Positions 56,265 to 64,000 of a DNA stretch of 64,000 bases are shown here, piece by piece (within the stretch, counting starts at the first letter, position 1; each line of letters starts with the position of its first letter). The DNA lies in assembly GCF_964204645.1 (NCBI RefSeq), contig NC_134025.1:26144299-26208298 (forward strand). Reading direction: 5' to 3'. The notes beneath the pieces are model-generated. The model did not search any database. It saw only the letters and a list, made by a program, of their open reading frames with translations, and was not told the origin of the DNA. Source of the DNA: Tubulanus polymorphus. Taxonomy: Eukaryota > Animalia > Nemertea. Made by a program: the position numbers and the translations under genes.

Positions 56265-59200
56265 CTACATTAATTCATCGTGTACGATGCAGATATTGTG
56301 ATGCATGTGAAGCGGTGGCCCTCGTTTGGAATTCTTTGGTTTAGCGTACAACTCGGAGCGCGAACTCGACGACGGAATACGCTTGATATTCTCTTTACGT
56401 CTGAAAAAAAATCGACAATAATACACACGTGTCAAATTTGTTACTTCGAGCTGATATCGGATTTTCGTTTTGCAACTTCTATCGGCGGCACTTACCGTTT
56501 GACAATCAGCAGTATTACTAATACTATCAGTAACAGCAAAAGCGTTCCAATTACACCTCCAATAATGGCAGCTGAAATGGTTGCATCAGTGAAATCTCAA
56601 ATAGACAATGAAATTAATCGATGAATTGACGAAGTATATTTACCTGCTTGTATCGGCTGTTTATTGTTGGCCGGTACCGGTCTCGGTTTCTCAGTCGTAT
56701 TGATCGTCATAACACTGTTAGATGGCGCCGCTGTGCTTGTTGTCGTTTGTCTGCGTTGAGACGTACGTTTGGTTGGAATTATCTCTGGCTCGATGTAAGG
56801 TGTAGCTATCAATGATACGAAGAAGAATATTTAGAACTCGGTAAGATTGGATGACATATGAGGCATATTTGATTCAGAAAAATGCCAGACTATCTAATTA
56901 ACTCGACCTTTGGACTAATCATCTAAATAACTTCAAGGCTCGACTTAAAAATAGATACACTATAAGTTCCTTTGAGTTACGCTTGAATCCAACTCTTGAA
57001 ATGCGTTGAACCGAACCATTCTCACCTTCGAAGTATAACAGAAATCCCTTATGCGTTCCGATTCCCGTCGTTTGAAAGTGGAATTGAGTATCTTCCACCG
57101 AATACTGCTTCAGTTTCGAATTGTGTTGAGGGCCACAAATTGTCGTCGACCATAAAACAGTTTTGATATACAGTTTATCGCTACACGTGCCGTTTGGTGA
57201 TAGTGGAAGTAAATTCAGATCTATAACATCTATCTGCATTTTCTGCTGTTTATGCGGCATTCGTACGGTTAAAGTGCAATTCATCGCTTTATTGTGGTAG
57301 TTCAATGGATAGTTCGGAGTTGAAATGTATCCTCTCTGCGATGTTAGAATTTGAGCCGAACAAATGTCTATGACTTGACTTGCTGTAAATGAAAAATGTT
57401 TAAAAATCAAATCCTCGTTGCCGGCATCACATGCAATGGAACAAGTCGTGATTTGCATCAATTTTGACCATTGATAAAAAAATGTATCGGTGTAATTATA
57501 TGTATAGAGAATCCCACAATAACGAAAAAATAATGTAAAGTCCGAAAAGGTTTTTTTTTACACTTTGTATTACCGATATTTTTTGTTATTTTGGGATTTT
57601 CTACATATTTGTATCAATTTTACTTGGAAAATTCCAAATAGCCAAAATTCGTGTTTGGAATATAACGTACCTTCAATACATTCATACGATACCAGGTAGT
57701 AGGTGGCATATTGTTTGCATGGATCCAGATAATTTCCAGTATTACTAGTAGAAAGGTTTATTTCGCAGGATTGTTTTCCGGAGCACGGATAATGCTGGTT
57801 GTCGGGTGCGACGCAGTCTTCAGCATTGAACATACAGTGACCTGATGGGTTGTATCCATAGAATAATTTATGAATTCGGATCATTTGGCCCTCTCCACAT
57901 CTGAATATTAGTTGACTGCTTTTGTTGAAACATTGACTGGCGTACCTTATTTCAGTTGCTGAAAATTGAATATGAAAATTGGTCAAGTTTGTTTTTATCA
58001 ATTGCTTCTGTATTCAGAAAGGAAAGAAGTTATTGTTTCGGCTGTCGACATTCAGGCGTGACATTGCGCTCGATCTGGCTTCTCTTCGTTCGCTTCAAAT
58101 GGTACGTTTGCACGCGCAAAAATATCGATGAAATGGGTAGAAATCGTGCAATGTCAGATGGTTCTCGATGAAAAATTGATTAGCAATCTGATCAGGTTTA
58201 ATTAGAAATGTAGTACACAGTCCTCATTCACCAGATGTTAATGCACGGCTTGCATATGTAGTCTCTCTTAAGAGTGAAAATCGGACCCTCAAGTCTAGCG
58301 GGGCATGGCATTGGCTGAGAATTCCCTGACCAATTACTGTTACATGTATTTATAGAAAGAGATTTGAAATATTGCTTCCGGTGTCTCAGATATAATGATG
58401 TAGATTGTTTTGTGTCTCAGTATTAGCCAAATGAATGTTGGTATTCTGAATGATGCTTATTTTTCATGTTACCAAAGAAACGAAGTCGTATCCCCAAGCG
58501 TCTACCAGTAGAAATGTGTATAACTGGCTTAGTGTTAAATATTTGCAGGATAAGACTGTCGTGACTATGAATACGAACTCCTAAGGACATCTTGTATTTT
58601 GGATATACCCACGTTTTGTACGACTTCACTTTCTTCGACCCTAAGCACAATCATTCTCGCTTATGACGACGAAGGCTTATGACTGAATGAATCATAATGA
58701 ATGATAAATAATGAAATTTCCTGCCGACTGAAGACAGGCCGAGGAGGAGTGTGTCGGGAGGAGTGTGTCGTATCCTCTTTAATTATTGATTGCCTATTGG
58801 TAAATGAGTTGTCCACATACCACATAATAGGATCACAACGTGTGGCTGGAATGAGCCAGGCTGGACCTGGTATCAGCTGGTCTCCTATCCACGGGCTCTA
58901 TTGTCTAGCATGCTGTTTGTTTATGTATATGTGCTTAGACTACCCATATTGCTGAAGAAGATTTTGGTCGGCAGCTGTCTTCAGATTCAATGTTGAAATT
59001 TGTTTCAGATTTCTGGTATCAAATTTCTGGGAGGCCGCTCGTGTACGAATTCATTTACTTCATATTAAGTTAAAAATCATATATGCATATAAACTATTAT
59101 TGAATGAATTGCCTCCCAGAAAGGAAGGATATAATTTTCTGCTTTGGTGCTGATATCGAGTAGGATGGCCGCGGGGTATCCATTAGCCACGAGTTCGAAT

Positions 59201-60033
59201 TTAGGTGATGTGATTCGAAGTGTGCCCGTGATTTAGGAGAAAGTCATTACATCGCGTTCGTGTGTGTTTGGACCGGACATTCCAAAACATGACAGATTGC
59301 TTTACAATACATCTGTTTCGAAAATTACCCTTCAGCCCGGCGGGCGCTTTTTTCAACAATAAATCACATTCCGACACATTCATCCGCGCAGTCCGTCGCT
59401 TCATTGTTCGGCGTTCTAAAAAGTTGCACGCGATTGTTCGATGTGAATTGGATTACCCGACTATCGATAAAAATAAACCAGATTTTCGAATGTACTTTGA
59501 AATGAGATGAGCCATTTTGAAAGGTCGCGTGTTCGCAAGGTCGCTAACAATAAGTTTTTTGAGCGCTTAATATTTTTAGTGTTAAATTATCGGGGTATCG
59601 TTAAATTCGCGGGTGTCCATCTGTTGGCATTACTGCATTTGTCGGTGAACTAAGTATGAAACTAAAACATAATTCTGCATCAAAGTAATATGATGTATAC
59701 TAATTTTGCAGCGTTCCAGTTCTATCAACTGACTGCCTCAGTTCCAGATCTATTATCAATGCTTAATGTCAAAATCAGCATCAGTGATAGTTATGTAAGT
59801 TGTATTATCTTAAACTCTGACTGATGTTGATCTCGGCAGAAGCTTATTGCCGATATGTGAACGATCTATGATTCATGATGCATCAAGTTATTGCTGTACA
59901 TCCACGAGAGATTGCTATATTCTTCAACCATAGGTCTTCTTACTATTAAGAATAATCTTTACTTCGACTTACCTGCTAAATGAAGAGCTTGTGCGAATAT
60001 TCCGATAGTGACTAGTAACCGTCGGTAGTCCAT
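56265..60033 (-). CDS. Single-pass receptor: signal peptide + SUEL/Gal-rhamnose lectin-like domain + CUB domain + Thr-rich stalk + TM + short cytoplasmic tail (367 aa), nested antisense in an ASCC3 intron
   Basis: Exons 60033-59973 (MDYRRLLVTIGIFAQALHLA), 57958-57671 (LIFRCGEGQMIRIHKLFYG...CSGKQSCEI...DPC...YYLVSYEC), 57382-57026 (GYISTPNYPLNY...CTLTV...CSDKL...GFLLYF), 56805-56644, 56595-56496 (AAIIGGVIGTLLLLLIVLVILLIV), 56400-56265; all splice phases are consistent. Confidence 0.85.
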
Positions 60034-63000
60034 CGTTTTTTTTTGGCGGCGAAAAGTCAGGTTAGGTTATCTACATTCTGATCATCGAGTTTGTATTGAG
60101 GGATAGTCGAGCTGTAGCCCGGTTCACCTGTAATCGTTATAAAATAATGAGCATAGTTAGTTATTAAAGCCGATTTCATCTCATACCTGCCGAGCAATAC
60201 TGATCATTTACATGTGTGTGTTTAGTGGTTAGGAAAGTGTGAAGCATGTGCGATAGATCCATTTTTAGCTGACTTTATAAACGTGTTTTAAATGTTGTGA
60301 AAACACGCACGCGTTCATCTTACTTGAAATTTATTAGTTCGAGTACAATTTTGAATTTTTTATTCGCTAATCAAAATTAATATAGCAGTTTGACACTTGT
60401 CAGCCCTTAGAAAGACTTCTTAAACTTCGAGATGTGACATAATGATATGTTATGCAAATAATGAATAAGAATCACATGTAACAGCTTTTTCACGGATCCA
60501 TTATTATTTATAATAAGAAATGAAATACCTTGGTTCATCACTAAAATTGTGAATGTATTTAAACCATGAAAATAATTTCCTAATCGCTTTATCAAAATTC
60601 TTCCTATTTTAATACAAACTCGATTCTTACCTTCTAGTTATCAAAACTCTCCTTCACTTAAAATGTGAATCTGTCATTTTCTGAGATTGCTACAGATTTG
60701 AACTGAATGCAGCTTGTCACACCTAAGGGACTGATTTGATTTGATACTTCCTCCCCAATCTGTTGCTAAATAAACGCATATTCAGGCACATCCATTCAAC
60801 TGGAGGGGGAGTAGGATTTGATGTGGCAGCGGCAGCAATGACTTGGGAATTTCTTCACAATTCACAAAATAATTCAATAAAATCATAATTATGGACTATT
60901 TAGATCTTATTGAGATGCATTTAATTGTTTTTGTCATTTGCTATTGAAGTTTATATTTCTGGACTCCGTAGAAATCTAATTAGTAACAATCAAATTAGCT
61001 ATCTGAACCGAATCAGATGTATCTCACATTTCCACAGGGCATTCGTTGCTTCGGTACATTTAAAAATATCGCCTGAAATACATTAGACTCAGATTTCTTG
61101 GGGACATTCGCAGATCCCATTTCAGTATGATCCTGCATGATATACAGCTATGCAAATTTGTCGATAAGCGCTTGTTCTTGAAATGAAAGTCCATTGTTTT
61201 TGGCTGAAGGTATTCTTCACTCAAGTGAAACCACTTACTCAGGATTTTACTTCAATAAGCAGATTTGTGCGAATTCGTTAACTTTTTCTGAAGTCTTGAT
61301 GAACAGTTGTTGAGTCTGGCCAGTTGCCAGTATGAATCGTAGTTATAGTATCTTAGTAGTAAAAGTAAAAGTGAACTGATTATTTGTTGAGATTATCGAG
61401 TATACGTTCACTTTACATCCAGGTAAATCATTGTACCTGCTGCTGGTACCGGGTGATGTGAGCGATGGGTACTGCTGTGCCAAAAAGCTGAAATACGCTA
61501 CCACTTCGTTGAGGTCTACAAATTGATCGGTATGCCAAGAATTGATGGTTTATCGTAGCGTAGTACTACGGCATACTGGTACCAGTCTCTCTGGCATGTC
61601 AGCTACGTTTTAGTTGTGTTTTCAACTAGATAAAATGTAAGACAAACTGGTATAGCCCAGACAGTATAAAAATATTTATGGGAATGATTTTACAATCTCA
61701 TATATATTTTCTCAATTGAGTGAAGATTTTCAGATCTTGAAAAATTCATCATACGATTTGTTTGTTCAGCTTGCTTTACGTCATTTCCGATCTTTTTTTC
61801 CCAATACTAACTGTATTGGTTAGTTAGGTACGGCTAACTGGCCCTACCCTCTTTTGTTTTCCTGTTGTCTGATATATAAAACTAAGATAAGTCAAGTCAA
61901 TTGTTGGTTTTTCAGCCTATGATTTTCTGGTTAGAATTGAAGTTAATGATATCCATTTGACATACAAGGATGTCGTCGGTATAATGTATTATACCTGAAT
62001 GAAGTGGTAATCATAAGATAAATACTGTACCAGCATACTGGACAAACAATGTAGATTTACATAAGTAAACTGATAATATGTAACACATCTGTAAAATATG
62101 GCTATAAACTGCAGTTTTAGGGTTTGAAGTGCCTTCCTGGATAAATATAATTAATACTAGGCGATATAAAACACATGTTACCAGAGAGACTCTGAATATT
62201 AATGAAAACAAAAAATTTCATGCATGAGACATTGAGGTATTTTGATGGTTTCTATTATAAACTTGTGTATTCCTGAGTATAAACAGTTGCAGTCGACTAA
62301 CCAAAATACATTCAAATATGGAATTTAAGAATTTTACCATAACCCAAAAGGGTTCTACTATACCTCTATCTTAGGATTTGGTAAGAACTCACCTGCGTTA
62401 CGTGAACTAGGTACCTATGGTTTAGTGTCTGTCAGTGTTACTCGACTTACGCCTAGAAACTGGTGTTTTCAGTCTAAAAAGTGTGTATGTTTTTTTTTCT
62501 GGTTGGAGGTGGTATGTGGTAGTATTTACGGATGAATGAATGAGTAAGAAGGAAGAATGTTTGCCAAGAGGATTCATAAAAATAAAAACTTCTATGAACC
62601 CCACCTCAGCAGTGGATGGAAGGTGCAACATTTGTACTTTGGTGCTCGGTAGTAAACGTAGTGGAAATTACACCCTGTATGAGTTTGAACAGCCTTCTGA
62701 TCTGCCACTACAAGCGTTAGAGGCAACTTTTTCTTTCTCAAATTCTTCAATATTCTGATGGCAATATAGCGTAACATTTTATGACCATATCGCCTCTCTC
62801 AAGTACTACACGATGTCCCGAAACTAAGATGCTCAGACTTGTATTCATATGAAAACATTAGCCAGTGATAAAATTCACTCAATGAATACATTAAAAAGGT
62901 ATATTCGATTTGAGAAATTTACCTTCGATGTCCATCTTCAAAGAAATTTACAGTATGCAGCTGTTTATATGCGAGTAGCCATGTTGTTTCTACGCGATAT

Positions 63001-63670
63001 GAAATGTGGTGCGGTACTGAGTGAGGCATTGCAGAGCGAAACAGACAACACATTGGAAATCAATATTCATCGTCCATATTCATACGTTGTCGACTGTTGT
63101 GAAATTCCAGGCATTCCATCTGGCTTTTCCTTCGAACAATAATTTTCCATAACAAAAATATTGTTCAGCTAAAATTTTGCTTGTTGGAAATTTACACTTC
63201 AGTTAATTTAATAAGTAATTCAATCAAACAGTTCATATACAAATATTGGCCTATATTAAGTAAAGTAGTCACAAATAATAATACTATAACTAAAAGAGGC
63301 CCCTTGCCAGAGGAGCAAGCAAACAGACTTCACTGGTGTGAACGCTTGGTCCGTTCTAAATTGAAATGGACCAAACTTAGTCCGTTCTAATTAACATATG
63401 ACAATGTGAACGTGGCTGTAATGGGCATGATATGATCTTGGTGTAATCCGATGATTACTCCAAGATATGATGAAAGACCTTCGTGAAAAGGACCAAAGCT
63501 TAGCGCTTGAAAAGTAAAAGGATTGTCAGAGTCCATTTCAAATAATTTACTGATAAACCCTCATCAATCAAGGCAACAATCCTCTAGAAAAGTATCTCTT
63601 ACATCAAAATATATCTAATTTTTGCTTATGAGCATGAACACATTGACACACAGTTCACTATTTTGTCATC

Positions 63671-64000
63671 TCAGATGTTTTGATACAACTGTTCGCCATT
63701 TAAGGGATCATTGGTAAAATCGGTATTTTCATAGACAGCATGTTCTTCCATAGAAAACTCTTCATTGTCTGCTTCATATCCTTCATTATCCTTTTCTAGA
63801 TATTTCCTTATATCTGCGATATTATCATAGTCGGCTTGTTTTCGTGGTGACTGCAGATTGATCGCTTCTAATCTAGGATCTATGTCTTCACTGTTTTCAT
63901 CAGCAGATACAATCTCTAATACATCGGTGGATACTACTGGTATCGTAGACTCCGGCCTCTCGACTGGAGGTTCAAATCCCGTCTTCGTCTTTGATTTCGA
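63671..64000 (-). CDS. C-terminal part of an unidentified protein with an acidic tail and tyrosine motifs (YDNI, YENT, YQNI); starts beyond the right edge
   Basis: Manual translation gives 109 open codons from 64000 to TGA at 63671-63673: SKSKTKTGFEPPVERPESTIPVVSTDVLEIVSADENSEDIDPRLEAINLQSPRKQADYDNIADIRKYLEKDNEGYEADNEEFSMEEHAVYENTDFTNDPLNGEQLYQNI*. It is absent from the ORF track. Confidence 0.75.
   Translation of the reverse strand, partial: SKSKTKTGFEPPVERPESTIPVVSTDVLEIVSADENSEDIDPRLEAINLQSPRKQADYDNIADIRKYLEKDNEGYEADNEEFSMEEHAVYENTDFTNDPLNGEQLYQNI

Noticed and set aside
61555-61620. Possible next ASCC3 exon (YYGI...)
   Set aside because: Phase and downstream sequence do not fit ASCC3; the next exon is presumably beyond the window.

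Overview
Compact, intron-rich, AT-rich metazoan genomic DNA (invertebrate; a lophotrochozoan is likely, but that is inference). It is not prokaryotic. I built gene models by hand from GT-AG junctions and reading-frame phase. From left to right: (1) the 5' part of a minus-strand gene with a large acidic first coding exon; (2) an FLVCR/SLC49 MFS transporter (+) with candidate alternative last exons; (3) an 18-exon ARID1/Osa BAF subunit (-, about 2380 aa); (4) head-to-head with it, the ASCC3 tandem Ski2-like helicase (+, 30 coding exons seen, incomplete in the window). ASCC3 introns host nested genes: an intronless GT92-family glycosyltransferase on the same strand, a 6-exon SUEL-lectin/CUB single-pass receptor on the opposite strand, and the 3' end of a third gene whose acidic tail carries several YxN motifs. 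Short MITE-like inverted repeats and local duplications are also present. No rRNA, tRNA or CRISPR array was recognised.
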